A DNA stretch of 64,000 bases from NCBI GenBank assembly GCA_044892505.1, contig CM097883.1:22134001-22198000 (forward strand). Direction: 5' to 3'. Under the pieces are notes generated by a model, which saw nothing but the letters and a program-made list of their open reading frames with translations, made no database searches and was not told the origin of the DNA. This document shows, one piece after another, positions 24,796 to 37,786 of this stretch (its first letter is position 1; every line of letters begins with the position of its first letter). Made by a program: the position numbers and the translations under genes. The stretch comes from Schmidtea nova. Lineage: Eukaryota.

Positions 24796-25851
24796 ATAAA
24801 ATCAGATCAACTAACCCTGAATACGGAATATATTTCCGTTATCAGCCAATCACAATTGAATAGTAATACGCTTATAAATTAATACGTTTCAAATAGTTTT
24901 ACAAATAAAAATTATTAATTAAAAAATTTTTTAATTAATTATAAATAAATTCGTTGAATTTAATTTTATTTAGTGTTATTACTTGTTTTATCATCTTATG
25001 GAAGGATATTATTTGGTTTAAAAGAATCCTTTTTAAGGCGCCAGTTAATCTCAATGTCAAAATAGACAATAACATACTGCAATACAAAGATCAAATAAAC
25101 AAATATAATAATAGATATAGGTGTCAGGACTAATTAATCCTGACATATCCTTTAGTATATTCGAAAAGAGCAAAGTTCCTATGACCATCGCCTACAAACA
25201 TTCACAAGTCATATTTTCCTGACAAGAGGACGCATTACAACCACTACAACATTTTTTACAACCGTCAAAATCTACAATTTTGTATTTTCCTACACCTATC
25301 AAAATATTATTAAATTTAGATTTCAAAACAAATTATTACATGAGGAAGAAACGTCCTCCATCATTTGCAGTGTAATTATCAAAATAAGCACAAAATAGGC
25401 CTGAATTAAAACAAAAAATGAAAATTATTAAAATTAAACGAAATCCTCACCCTCATTTTGCTGATTGAAAGAAACCCCAACTGAATTCTGTCTTGTTTCC
25501 ATTGAATTTATAACGTTTTCGACGGTTCTAATTAGACTCAGTCTGGCTCCTGGATTGATTAACATAAACATTTCCCCCAAAAAATAAATTTGTTTTACTT
25601 TCCATGGACAGAGAAATGAAAATCAAAGAAATCTTTTTATTCATAATTTTAATAAAAAAATTGTTTTACTATATCCACCAGAGGTCCTTAAATGACATTT
25701 GGGCTTTGCGATCATTTCAGCATTGCAATTAGCTTGGTGCATAAATATGATTGTATCTTATGCAACATTAGTGCTGGGGTTGCATAAAAGTACAGTGAAA
25801 TCTTCATATGCTGAACACTCAAACGGTGACATAAATGTAGAATATATGGAG
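24796..25851 (-). repeat. ~1.05-kb near-identical inverted duplicate of 39396-40453, carrying peptide gene P4
   Basis: Reverse-complement match over the whole interval with only scattered substitutions. Confidence 0.9.
25192..25456 (-). CDS. Secreted 8-Cys peptide P4, 56 aa (exons 25456-25451, 25400-25340, 25295-25192); coding-identical to P7
   Basis: MRAYFVLILIITLQMMEDVSSSCVGKYKIVDFDGCKKCCSGCNASSCQENMTCECL*. Confidence 0.85.
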
Positions 25852-27128
25852 TCGTTTTAAAAGAAAATATTAGTGGAAATGGTAACTAATTTTAACTTAA
25901 TATTTAATAATATTTAAATAATATTTAATAATATTTAAATAATATTTAATAATATTTAAATAATATTTAATAATATTTAAATAATAATTAATAATATTTA
26001 AACAATATTTAATAATATTTGATTATTACATTAGGTGATGTAAATATGAATGATCAAACTTAATTTCAAACTAAGCCTTTTAGTAATGAAAATAATATAA
26101 TTTATTAATTTATAGTTGATGTGATGAATAATTATATGTGTAAGTATTGATTATTTTAACTAAATTCTTTATATTTTATAATTTATTTAATTAATTTAGT
26201 AAATATTTTTAAACATTTAATTATTTTTAATTTTGATAATTTTTTAAATAATATAAATAATCATTACTTTGCATAAAGAATTTATTTTAACAAATTTTTT
26301 AAAATTATTTTGTAATAAATTTTGCAGTAAATTCAAATAAAAAATAATTTGTTTAATTATTATATTGAAATTTTATATTTTAATTTTGATTTATTTTTTA
26401 ATAATTCATATTTTTAATAATTAATTTCTATATTTTATCATTTTTCAAATTTTTTTTGAAGAAATTTAAAAACTTTTTATAAATAAAGTTTTCTTTATCC
26501 GAATTACTGTCAATCTACTTTTCATGGTGACAATCACTTCTTTAAATTAGTTGACCAATATTATCAATATGAAAATAACTGCCACCTTCTTTTTATGTCC
26601 CACTTGTTAAAGCTCCCAAAATTTGTCTTTTTTGAAATGTATTCACAACACTATATTCATATGACCGGATTTTAAATGAAATATTTTTAAAATAAATAGT
26701 AATAAAAAACGACATTCTAAGCACATTATAAAACCACAACCAGTGAAAATAATAAAATTAATATCTCATTCCGAAAATAGTATGCATGTATTCAACATGG
26801 TAATTCAATTGAATGTTTAATTAAATTTTTTAAAACCCACATGCTATTGGTAAGCTGGGTGTGAATTCCTGTCACCTTTATTAAATAAATTAAATTCTGT
26901 TATATCGAAAATGGGTTCAGTTAAAAATTCAATTTACAATTGATGTAGAATTTGAAAATGATGAGCAATTCCAGTCTTATATAATATCAAATTTCGCAAA
27001 GGCCATGAACGTAATCTTTTTAGATAAATATATTGCTCTTTTAAACAATAGATTACTAAAGTGTGTGAAAATTGCAGCAATTTTACAATAAATAAAATTA
27101 AAGAAATCCGCTTTAAGCTTACAAAATA

Positions 27129-28442
27129 CAGGGTGGTCCAAAAGTAGGTATACAGTAATTAATATTACAGTAATATTACAATATACAGTAATTAATATTA
27201 CAGGTTTGGTATTATTTGTAAATGAAATTGTTTATTTGTATAATTTAATTCAGATAATCATGGCTGGTAATTTAAATACTGAGCAACGTAAATGGGTAAT
27301 CAAACAATATTGGAGAACAACTAACGCTGCAATGGTGATACGGAAATGGACGGAAGAATTTGAAACGCCGCCACCATCCAGACATACAATCTACAGATTG
27401 CGAGACAAATTTGATACAACAGGATCAATCTGTAACGCATCAAAGATTGGTCGACCGAGAACTGTTGTAACACTAGGAAATGAAAAGATTGTCTCGACCG
27501 CATTTAAGCGAATCCCGAAAAAATCAAAACACAGAGCTTCCATTGAATTAGGTATTCCCGGCACATCTTTGAGTCGTATGATGAAAAATTTGGGCTTGAA
27601 AATGTATCACCCAAGATCAATCCACGGATTATTAGAAGATGATCCGGATCACCGGTTACAATTCTGCGAGAATATTTTGAACGAAGAATAGCCACAAATT
27701 GTTATCCTAGAAAATATTTGTTGGTCCGATGAAGCAAATTTTAAGCTTTCAGGCACTGTTAATAGGCATAACTGTGTCTATTTATACCACGGAAAATCCG
27801 CATATCACAAATGAAGAACAGTTAAATCAACCTGAGGTTACAGTTTGGGCAAGCATTTCATGCAAAGGGGTTATTGGACCTTTCTTTTTCCATACAACTG
27901 TGACACATGGCCTGTATCTAAATCTCTTGAAAGATACTGTTATCCCACAAATACGGCAGAAGTTTGATAATGAAGAATTCTATTTTCAGCAGGATGGAGC
28001 TCCTCCTCACTATGCAACAACAGTGCGTCAATTTCTTGAGGAAGAATTGCCTCATAGATGGATAGGTCGACGAGGGTCAATTGAATGGCCACCGAGGTCA
28101 CCTGATCTCACTCCAATGGATTTCTTCTTTTGGGGTATTATCAAAAATAAAGTTTTTTCAAAAGAGTCACGCACCATTGATGACATGATTAAATTTATAA
28201 AAGAGGCATGCAAAGAAATAGACAATAATGAAGAACTATGTGCAAAGGTTTGTCTCAGTGTGAAGAAAAAGCTACAAGAATGTATCTGTGCTGAAGGCAA
28301 ACAATTTGAACACATCAGAAACTGTATATAATTTGAATTTATTGTTTAGTTTTTCATGGTTTCATAATAAATCCTAATTGTGACTTTAAAAAGCTATATT
28401 TTAGAATAATAATTACTGTATACCTACTTTTGGACCACCCTG
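27129..28442 (+). mobile_element. Tc1/mariner DD41D (rosa/Visitor-type) transposon, full length, inactive transposase
   Basis: 33-bp perfect TIR CAGGGTGGTCCAAAAGTAGGTATACAGTAATTA with TA TSD. Catalytic WSDEA, QQDGAPPH, SPDLTPMD with 41 residues between D2 and D3. TAG at 27689 and a frameshift near 27785. Confidence 0.92.
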
Positions 28443-28859
28443 TATAGTCAAATATTTAGGTTGAGTGGTCAAGGTTCTCTTTTAACTCTATCGTCATTAA
28501 ATGTCAAACATTGCACTGTCAACGTAAAATAACACGGACAATTTGCGTTTTATTTATAGACTTTTGGCGATTTTAAAATACGATAAGATGAAATTTAATA
28601 TAATTAAGTCTTATAATTATAATATTTCAGACAATAATTTTGATTATTCTGATCTACGCATGAAATCATGTTATATCGCTAGAATTGAGACGCGAAACAT
28701 TGGATAAGCAATAAATATCTTATTGTATGATGAAAGCAGATGATGACTATGAAAAGAACGAAGTAATGAAACATCCATCTGTAGATATTATTCATAAGTC
28801 AAAAGCTGTTAAAAAACCCCAATTAATTTGATTTTGTTAGAAAAAAAAGATTCTTATCC

Positions 28860-29717
28860 TTGTACATGTTATATACAGGAATAGTAGTCAACTTATTTGA
28901 AATTAATGATGACAACAGAAAAGAAAGAAAAATATAGAATAAATGTACATGTGGACGGTAATAAGGATCAAACAATGGATCGAATGACAATTAATTTTTT
29001 TACAATGTAATATGACAATTTATCAATTTACAATTTGTGATCTTGCGAACATTTATTGACATTTTTTATTTCATGGTGATGGACACAATTAACGATAAAA
29101 TTTTATGTAATTTTGAAAAAATATTTTGCTTTGAAAATATCTTATGTAAATTAATTTTTAAACTTTTGAAAATAGTTTATATTTTGATTTATATTTTAAT
29201 TCTATAAAATAAATAATAATAAAATGAATAAATAATACTGATGATATAAATAAATTAAAATAAATAAATTACTGTTTGTTTAAATAAATTATATGAACTA
29301 CGAGGGTCAGAAAAATGAAATAATTCCAAGATTAGAAACAGTTATGTTTTGAAAACAATTTCAATCAATTCAAGTAGAAGAAATAACAATCATTATTGGT
29401 ATATTAAGTGCATTAAAAATTATTATACTGACTGATGTTTCAGTTAAATAACCCATTAAAACTTCGCTTAATAAGAATTTCTTAGTTGTAATCGACTTTG
29501 AAAACTTAAACTCGAGCATACAGTATATCGAGCTCAGAGATGCATTTGAGCACACATACACACGTATACATACGTACATTATAAAAAAATATATATATTG
29601 AAATTGTAACATTTTATCAAGTAATTGTAATTGTTATATATTGAATAAAATATTTGAACCAGCGTTATCTTATTTATCTATATAAGCTACTTAGTTGAGA
29701 TTCTGGAAATCTCAACA
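28860..29717 (+). repeat. Dispersed ~0.85-kb repeat, copy 2, inserted into the degenerate pPolB
   Basis: PolB homology stops after ..GATTCTTATC and resumes at ..GAAGTTACCAATATTAATAAGCTTTTA; insert ends in the hairpin TTGAGATT-CTGGA-AATCTCAA. Confidence 0.75.
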
Positions 29718-31505
29718 TATAGAAGTTACCAATATTAATAAGCTTTTAAATTGTGAAACTCTTTCTTCCACGAATGTTTGAATAAGCTGCACTTGGTATG
29801 AACACTGCTTAAATGATTTTAGATTGGCAGGTATTTGAAAAACATTAAGCTACATGCACTAAACGCCAATTATGTACAATCTTGTACACTTTGCCTTCGG
29901 ATAAGAACTTAAAATTTAAGGATTAGTCTAAGAGTTTTACTTCTCCTTTCGTTGTATATGCCGATTTTTTAGGCTGTTTTACCTGAAGATGATAAATATT
30001 TTCAACGATACATGACTATTTCTGCTGGTTTGTTACTTATTAATAACTTCATTGACCAAAGATTTTATAAATTTATTTATGCGCTATTGTGTAGAAGCGT
30101 TTTTGAACGAAATCAATTATATTGGTGAAAAATCGTTTTATCTTACTTTATAAATAATTTCAAAAATAAAATGAAAATCTTTCCTTGAACAAATAAAATC
30201 ATTTAGTTCTATAATTTTTTATTCGTGTAAAAAATCTTTGGAAAATCCAGACAAAGATCATGAACATTATACAGGTAAGTATTTGGGTGAAGTTTGCTCT
30301 AAATGCAATTTCTCTAGGCAAATAAAATTTATTTTTCCTGCAATTCTTCATAATTTTTCACCTGTATTGCAACTAGTAGCAAAACACTTTTGACTTTATA
30401 TGCAAGAGTCGAGAGTTTGACTATTAAATTTATCGATTCTTCTCAAATTTTAAGCTCAAGCTTAAAAATACTGTTAAGTTTTTGACGTCTGTAACTTTAC
30501 ATTCATCAAAGTTTGGAGGGGCTATAATCAATTCCAAGGATATATTCCTATATAATTTTGCAACTTCTTTAGAGGTTTTATAAAACACTTACGAATCACC
30601 ACATATTTGGGATGAATATACAGATGACTTATATGACAAAGCTCGACATATCGGAAGAAACAAATTGTGATACATTACTCGAATACATGATGATTTAGTT
30701 ATATCATGACGTTTTCTTCCTGACTCTTTANNNNNNNNNNNNNNNNNNNNNNNNNNNNNNNNNNNNNNNNNNNNNNNNNNNNNNNNNNNNNNNNNNNNNN
30801 NNNNNNNNNNNNNNNNNNNNNNNNNNNNNNNNNNNNNNNNNNNNNNNNNNNNNNNNNNNNNNNNNNNNNNNNNNNNNNNNNNNNNNNNNNNNNNNNNNNN
30901 NNNNNNNNNNNNNNNNNNNNNNNNNNNNNNNNNNNNNNNNNNNNNNNNNNNNNNNNNNNNNNNNNNNNNNNNNNNNNNNNNNNNNNNNNNNNNNNNNNNN
31001 NNNNNNNNNNNNNNNNNNNNNNNNNNNNNNNNNNNNNNNNNNNNNNNNNNNNNNNNNNNNNNNNNNNNNNNNNNNNNNNNNNNNNNNNNNNNNNNNNNNN
31101 NNNNNNNNNNNNNNNNNNNNNNNNNNNNNNNNNNNNNNNNNNNNNNNNNNNNNNNNNNNNNNNNNNNNNNNNNNNNNNNNNNNNNNNNNNNNNNNNNNNN
31201 NNNNNNNNNNNNNNNNNNNNNNNNNNNNNNNNNNNNNNNNNNNNNNNNNNNNNNNNNNNNNNNNNNNNNNNNNNNNNNNNNNNNNNNNNNNNNNNNNNNN
31301 NNNNNNNNNNNNNNNNNNNNNNNNNNNNNNNNNNNNNNNNNNNNNNNNNNNNNNNNNNNNNNNNNNNNNNNNNNNNNNNNNNNNNNNNNNNNNNNNNNNN
31401 NNNNNNNNNNNNNNNNNNNNNNNNNNNNNNNNNNNNNNNNNNNNNNNNNNNNNNNNNNNNNNNNNNNNNNNNNNNNNNNNNNNNNNNNNNNNNNNNNNNN
31501 NNNNN

Positions 31506-32215
31506 GAATTCGGGAGAAAAAGAATATCCAGAAAGAAGTGAAAAGTTAATTAGAAAGAATTTTGCATTGGAGTTATCAGGATCTTTTTAAGATTGAAATA
31601 TTTCATTTAAATAAACATTGCGGAGAAGGATTACTATTGTTACCTTATTATTATATTTTAATAAACTCTGCTAACGACAAAACAATTTGTATTTATACTT
31701 TCAATCTGAGCCAGATTAACGTCGTCTTCAAAATAGCTATAGATAAGATTTTAATTAAAAAAATTAAAATTTAAAAGTGAGATTTATTCTTGAGAATTCA
31801 TTAAAAGAGCTTTTTTATGAAGGAATTATTCTAATTTTGTATGGAGAAATGAATTTTTTTTAATTTTTCAAAATGTTTCTATTTAAAAAAGAGCATTTTA
31901 TTAATTAAAAACTTTGACTCTATATGATTTATTAAACTTTTTTTAAAAAAAGGACGCTCTAATTAATGAAAATTATTAAATAATAATAATTTTAAATTTT
32001 ATTTAAAATTAAAATTTTATTTAATATATCTCAAGAATAAATCTTTATTTGTTTTAATAATCAACATTAAATCAGAATTCGGGAGAAAGCAAATATCCAG
32101 AAAGAAGTGAAACGTCAATTGGAAAGAATTTCGCATTGGAGTGATCAGGATTTTTGTAAGATCGAAATATTTCATTTAAATAAACATTGCGGAAAAGGAT
32201 TACTATTGTTACTTT
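31506..32215. repeat. ~140-bp direct repeat pair (31506-31645 and 32076-32215)
   Basis: GAATTCGGGAGAAA..ATATCCAGAAAGAAGTGAAA..CATTTAAATAAACATTGCGGA present twice, ~570 bp apart. Confidence 0.8.
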
Positions 32216-32544
32216 ATTATTAAACTTATTTTTAAGAAATAATTTCAATTTTCGCGCCAAAAAAGCATTTAAATAAAACACATTTCAAAGATTTGCGCCA
32301 AAATACGACTGTGCGATAACAGATAATATGGGCAGACCGTTTATGCCTACCTACTTGCTAATATCATAGCGGAAATAGCCGCAATGCCCAAATATAATTA
32401 AAACGTCTGATGGATATGCTAGACAAATATTTCCTTGATGTTAATTTTTTTCAATCGAAAATAAAACAAAATTTTTTGGGGGGAAATATTTATGCAAATC
32501 AATCCAGGAGCCAGACGGACTTGAATTAGAACTGTCGAAAGAGT

Positions 32545-32578
32545 TATAAATTCAATGGAAACAAGACAGAATTCAGTC
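32545..32578 (+). promoter_or_regulatory. TATA box plus initiator of peptide gene P5 (conserved in paralogs)
   Basis: TATAAA at 32545 and TCAGT with its A at 32575 (30-nt spacing); same arrangement at 39735/39765 and, with CATAAA, upstream of P8. Confidence 0.65.
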
Positions 32579-32600
32579 GGGGTTTCTTTAAATCAGCAAA

Positions 32601-32894
32601 ATGAGGGTAAGGATTTCGTTTGGTTTCAGAAATTTTTTAATTATTTTCATTTCAAATTTTTGTTTTAACTCAGGTCTATTTTGTGTTTTTTTTGATAATG
32701 ATACTCCAAATGAGGGAGGCTCTTTCTAGTTTTTGTAATCATTTGATTTGAAAAAAAAAGAATTTAATAATCTGATATTTATAGGTAAAACACAAGACCA
32801 ACTTGTCCCAATTGGAAGTTGTGAAAGCGCTTGTTGTCATGGTTGTAACCCATCATCTTGTATCATTAGGGGAAATTGTTTATGTGGAGGCTAA
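32601..32894 (+). CDS. Secreted 8-Cys peptide P5, 58 aa (exons 32601-32606, 32674-32734, 32785-32894)
   Basis: MRVYFVFFLIMILQMREALSSFCKTQDQLVPIGSCESACCHGCNPSSCIIRGNCLCGG*. Confidence 0.85.
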
Positions 32895-33838
32895 AACTTA
32901 TTGTTTATAAATATTTATTTTTCTTTTTATTGTTTACATTTTTCTAATTATATCACTATTACAGATACAACCAAAGTTTTACCTGTAAAGTATTGGGAGA
33001 CAAATCTCTCATAAAAAGGCTTAAAATGTAAAATTTACTATTCATAAATAAGTACAAAAATTAATTAGAAATTAAGAAAAATTAAATATTGACATATTGG
33101 TGGGGATTGGTATGCATAGATGGCAAATGAGTAGACGAGTACAAATATGACAATAAAATATCAATGGGGGGTCCCTAAAAATAAATTCAATAAATTAAAA
33201 ATTAATGAATAATTGATTAATAATTTGTGGGAAGCCCGAACCAATGGAAAACCTGGAGTAATGGGATCTGAAATCTAATTGTCACAGAAGTAAAAGAATT
33301 ATTTTCTAGGTTAATTTAATTTAGCCTTGTCTTTCATCAAAAAAATTAAATTACAAGAGCTAAATTTCAATTATTGGAAAATTGTGGTAAAATTCAATTT
33401 TATTGTTACTAGGAGAAAACTATAAAAGAGACGCATAAAACGCATGACAACATCCAGTGCCAGATTGGTCGTGGTAAAGTTATTTGTCGGGACTTCTATA
33501 CATTGGTAAGTAGGAAGAGTTTGATTGTTAGAAACCCGACATTAGCGAATCAAAAAATTGCTAGAAAGAGCACTCTAGCCTTGGTAGACTTACCTCTATC
33601 ACTTGAACAGAAAAGAGAATGCTGAGTGTTTGTGCAGAAATTAAAAAGTGTTTTGATTATTCGTTTGTAAATTGGTGGGATTTAATAAAATTTATTGTGT
33701 TTGGTTTTGGTGATTTTCAATTATAGTAGCTGTAGGAGTCATATAATAACCCAACATATTTGTAATAGTGATATTTTTAGAAAAGTGTAGACAATACAAA
33801 CATGAAGAAACAATTGTAGAATAATTTAATTTTAAGTT

Positions 33839-34054
33839 TTAGCCTCCACATAAACACTTTTGATTAAGGTCACAAGATGATGGGGTACAACCATGGAAAC
33901 AAGTGCTTGCACAACTCTCAATTGGCACAGAATTGAGTTGCGATTTACCTATAAACATTAGATTATTAAATTCTTTTTTTCAAATCAAATTATTACAAAA
34001 ACTAAAAAGAGCCTCCCTTATTTGCAGTGTCATCCAAATAAACAAAAAATAGAC
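33839..34054 (-). pseudogene. Cys-peptide paralog P6, probable pseudogene
   Basis: Exons 34054-33997 and 33948-33839 give VYFLFIWMTLQIREALFSFCKSQLNSVPIESCASTCFHGCTPSSCDLNQKCLCGG*. The ATG exon is deleted and CC has become CF (7 Cys). Confidence 0.75.
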
Positions 34055-34736
34055 CTGAATTAAAACAAAAAATGGAAATTATTAAAATTATTGGAAATTA
34101 TTGAAAAATACCCCAACTGAATTCTATCTTGATTCCATTGAGTTTATAACTTTTTCGACAGTTCTAATTAAACTCAGTGTAGCTCCTGGATTGATTAGCA
34201 CAAACATTTCCAATAAGTAGCTGTGAGCCCTCGATGACTCATCTTTGCAGATGAGAATATCAATACAGGAAATATTGTGTATCCGCGATGATTTATCGAT
34301 TTTCCTGTGATCTGGTTGGTCGAAAAGTTGGCCAAGGCCCAAAAACAAAAGAATTTTCACGAGATTTTCCACGAGACTTTCAAATTTCACACCCCCAAAA
34401 GTACATGAAATCTCAGGCATCTTCATGATACATCCATAAAAAATTTGAAACAATAAACTTTTTTTTTACTAAGTCTCCCCCTAGGCAAAGATATATGACT
34501 CATATGTACTTTTAAACAGAATTTTTTCTAAAATATTTTATTTTTTCATAAACTTCCTCATAATCATTACTCATATGTTACTATAAATAGATTTTTTCGC
34601 AAAGATTTTTTCCAAAATATTTCTTAAGACCCCCTCTCATCAAATGGAATTTTTTAATTTTTCCAGAAATCAAATAATATGACTCATCATTTTTTTCAAA
34701 TTTTATTTTCAATGTCAATGAAATTTTTCAATTTTT

Positions 34737-35275
34737 CCAGAAATCAATCATAGTCAGTATGTAACTATATATCCGTTATCCATTGGTAATGGGCCCACTA
34801 AGTCGATGTGTATAACATCAAATCGATTTCCAGTTGAAAAATTCATTATTGGCGGTTTAGTGTTTTTGCTTATAGTTTACGTAATGGGACTGGAAGTATA
34901 GGTCTCATGCAGCCTGGAATTAAAATGTCATAGTCGAAGTCATCGAGATTGAGGTGCCCAGATGAGGAAACTAATATGTGTTCTTCTGTTGGCTTGTGTC
35001 TCTTGAGTTCGTCGACTGAAAGGTGTGGCTGGTGAGTTATTGCGCAGGAACTTCTAGAAAGACAATCTGCAACAACGTTTTCTCTGACAGTTATATATGT
35101 GATCGTGCAACTGTATTCAGCAATATATTAAATTTGTTTCTGTTGTCGAGGAGATAGGTCTCTCATAGTTATGGCATGTACCAAAGGTTTATGGTCTGGG
35201 AATATAGTAAAGTTTGGTCCTTCCAAAATATGTGAAACATTTTTAATGGAAAAGTAAACTGTGCTGCGTTCAGTT
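34737..35275 (-). mobile_element. Decayed Ty3/Gypsy RNase H-integrase fragment (CsRn1-like)
   Basis: ILEGPNFTIFPDHKPL..SPRQQ..NVVADCLSR (RNase H) and RFDVIHIDLVGPLP..YILTMID (integrase core start), with deletions and stops. Confidence 0.85.
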
Positions 35276-35288
35276 TTTGTGAATGGAA

Positions 35289-35945
35289 TTATAAAGGTTC
35301 GGGAGTTCCTTGATTGATTTGGTGTATTGTGTTTGGGTAACTGATGTCGCAGTTTCCCTCATCATTATTGTCGGCACCACCTTTTAAAAGGTAATAAATG
35401 TCAAGGAATGTATTGTTGCCCATTTCTAAAGTTTCTGGGGTGTCTGTTGTTAAAATTCTTGCGTTGTTATAAATGAGGGCATACCCGTGTGTATTGACAT
35501 TATATTCTTTGTTTAATTGGTTGAATAAGATAGAAAAATTATCTTTAATGTTTAATTGATATTTTAGTGTTCGTTTGGGGATGGTCCCCATAAACCCAGC
35601 ATTTATCCATAAAACAATGTAAAAACTCTTACTATTAACCATACAGCTGGAACTCGGGTTCGCCATTGTAGAGTATTGATTGATGTTCGCCAATGATTTG
35701 CTAATAGAATCTCGATACCAACAAGTACTTTCTTCTTCAAATGATTGGAAACTTTTACAAATCATTGATAATTTGCTTGTGCCCATTATTTTATTTCGGT
35801 ATTTTAAGTGTTTTCTCAATGATTCACAAAAGAGCTTAACTCTCATTAGATTGCAGTAATAAATTATTAAGCTAGAAACAAACCAAATCGACAAGTTTTT
35901 TATTAAACATGACATTTGTAAGTTCATATTGAAAATCGAAATCAC
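35289..35945 (-). CDS. ORF containing a SUMO-like domain ending in a di-Gly (LKGG) plus C-terminal extension
   Basis: [59 protein letters not shown] matches the SUMO pattern (F.F.G.RI....TP..L.M...D.I.V....GG). Confidence 0.6.
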   Translation of the reverse strand: MISIFNMNLQMSCLIKNLSIWFVSSLIIYYCNLMRVKLFCESLRKHLKYRNKIMGTSKLSMICKSFQSFEEESTCWYRDSISKSLANINQYSTMANPSSSCMVNSKSFYIVLWINAGFMGTIPKRTLKYQLNIKDNFSILFNQLNKEYNVNTHGYALIYNNARILTTDTPETLEMGNNTFLDIYYLLKGGADNNDEGNCDISYPNTIHQINQGTPEPL

Positions 35946-36480
35946 AGAAGGAATTTAGATTACATTTCAAAATTTCGAATGTCTTATACGTTTCTATGTT
36001 CGTCACTGAACCAAATGGTGTGTAACTAACTACTGGAAAATGTATTTTTGGATAAGGAACAAGATTTGTTAATACTGAAAAATTATTGTATATTTCATTT
36101 TTAAATCTACTAGAGGCTGTTGGCGAACTACAAACTTGGGCTACCAATCTATTACTATGTTGCAATACCGGCTAGTTTATGTATTACATCTAGTTTTTGT
36201 AGCATAATATCATAAAGAGATTCATTATCAATCAACAAACTAATATCTACATCATCCATGCAAAATGTTCACTCAAAATACAAATATACTGTTCAATGAT
36301 TGCGCAAGATAAATGAGGAAAAGGGTGGATGGGAATTTTGACTTTGGATATCTTAGGATACTCAAGTGGGTATTCAGGTAATGTTGAAGTCATTCTCGAT
36401 CCGGTATCACCTCCTTTTATATTATACTGATAAATAATGTTTTTAGAATTATCATCGTTTGAAAACCATATAACTATATG
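35870..36480 (-). pseudogene. Highly divergent alpha-tubulin-like sequence with frameshifts
   Basis: GGDTGS (GGGTGS), YPKISKVKIPIHPFPHLS (YGKKSKLEFSIYPAPQVS), LIDNESLYDI (MVDNEAIYDI), [29 protein letters not shown]. Confidence 0.75.
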
Positions 36481-36927
36481 CAAGTTAGGAACTGTAGTTC
36501 CGTTAATTAAAATCGAATCACTTATTAGATCACTGGAGTTGTATAATGTTATGTCTGAAGTATCAGTATTGCATTTTAAAAGTTGTTCTCCACTAGTAGA
36601 AGCAAAAAAGGTTTTTAAAGTATTTGGAATGCATTTTAATATCTGGAAACAGCAACTGGATTTTAGCATCTTTATCGATGGATGTAAAATAATTTCACGA
36701 CTTACAAGGTTAAATATGACAATTTTATTGGACATAGTTATTAAACGATTTTCACATGACATGAAGGATAAACATTGCTGTGGAAATTGATGAATTCCAT
36801 CGAAACAGAATTCTAGTGGTCCTCCAGGAGTTTGAACAAAAGGAGGATTAAACCTTTCTGGTGCGCGATTTAAAATCAATTTCAAAACGGGCTGTGGCAA
36901 ATAATTAAATCTATCAATAAGCAGCAC
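36480..36927 (-). pseudogene. NACHT/WD-repeat (NWD-like) fragment in frame with the tubulin-like segment
   Basis: FVQTPGGPLEFCFDGIHQF..RLITMSNKIVIFNL resembles the invertebrate NWD motif (CLHTPGGPLKYSLEGHQF..YIVSVSNKFITWDL). Confidence 0.5.
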
Positions 36928-37068
36928 AAGATTTGAATTGTAAAAATTGTCAAATTTACAATTTCCATTGTTTGTTCTAAAATTTTGTTAAGATCTTTAT
37001 CACTGCATTTGAGAAAATCTGAAATCTTTTTTCCCAATAAAACATTTCCAATCCACAACGACCGAATA

Positions 37069-37285
37069 CAGGAATACCTCGAACAGTACGGTTAATCGGT
37101 TCTGGAATTTAGCCGTACTATTTGAAACCGGACTATTCGAGGCATTCTGGCGCTAATAAATTTACGGCTTAGTACCCCTATTATTTTTATTTAATCATTT
37201 TAAAAACAATCATATTTTGAAAATTTCAAAACCGTACTATAGAGAAACCGTACTGATCGAAACCGTACTATGCGAGGTATTCCTG
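37069..37285. mobile_element. 217-bp TA-flanked MITE (pogo/Tigger-type ends)
   Basis: TIR CAGGAATACCTCG.A.AGTACGGTT at both ends, TA on both sides, internal AGTACGG/CCGTACT repeats. Confidence 0.85.
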
Positions 37286-37351
37286 TACAAACTAAAGTAA
37301 CATTGTCTATTTCATCAGGCTCTAATATGTTTTCATTGGTCGTTTCAACAG

Positions 37352-37786
37352 CTATTTATAAACCACATCATAATTTTCATTGACTCTATTCAAGATTCCT
37401 TTGAGCAAGATTTCTGTTTCATAGTTAAACGATTGATCTTCCTCTTCGTTGTTAAATTTGAGATAATTCAAAAGAATTTCTATTGACTCAACAAACTTGA
37501 AAAACAGATTTTTAACGTTATTTTCAATATATAAATAAATTTTAATGTACGTTGCGAAACTCGAAAACAAAAGATAAAAGTTTCTAAGAAACAATTCATC
37601 ATTGTATACGCATTCATTGTTTAAAGAAGGAATCCAATCTGTATTAAAAACTGTTAAAAATGAATTACTTGACAGTAGGATTTTATTTAAAAGTTCTACA
37701 TTATCCTGCACAGTTTTCGAACGTAGAGCATTGAAAATAAACTGTGAAACATTTCTGAACCATTCACTATATTGTCCATATAGCAT
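37352..37786 (-). CDS. Unknown helical protein segment, probably an exon or pseudo-exon upstream of the NWD-like fragment
   Basis: 144-aa ORF with protein-like composition; an upstream in-frame TAA after an AG acceptor near 37838 suggests decay. Confidence 0.35.
   Translation of the reverse strand: MLYGQYSEWFRNVSQFIFNALRSKTVQDNVELLNKILLSSNSFLTVFNTDWIPSLNNECVYNDELFLRNFYLLFSSFATYIKIYLYIENNVKNLFFKFVESIEILLNYLKFNNEEEDQSFNYETEILLKGILNRVNENYDVVYK

Larger units (their letters stand above)
26490..30730 (+). pseudogene. Degenerate Polinton pPolB with nested insertions, running into an N-gap
   Basis: Segments align by eye to the intact pPolB: LYPNYCQSTFHG (vs LYQKYCNSTIHD), KLNSVISKMGSV, KHPSVDIIHKSK, SPFVVYADF, DHEHYTGKYLG, IFLYNFATSLEVL; many stops and frameshifts. 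Confidence 0.85.
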
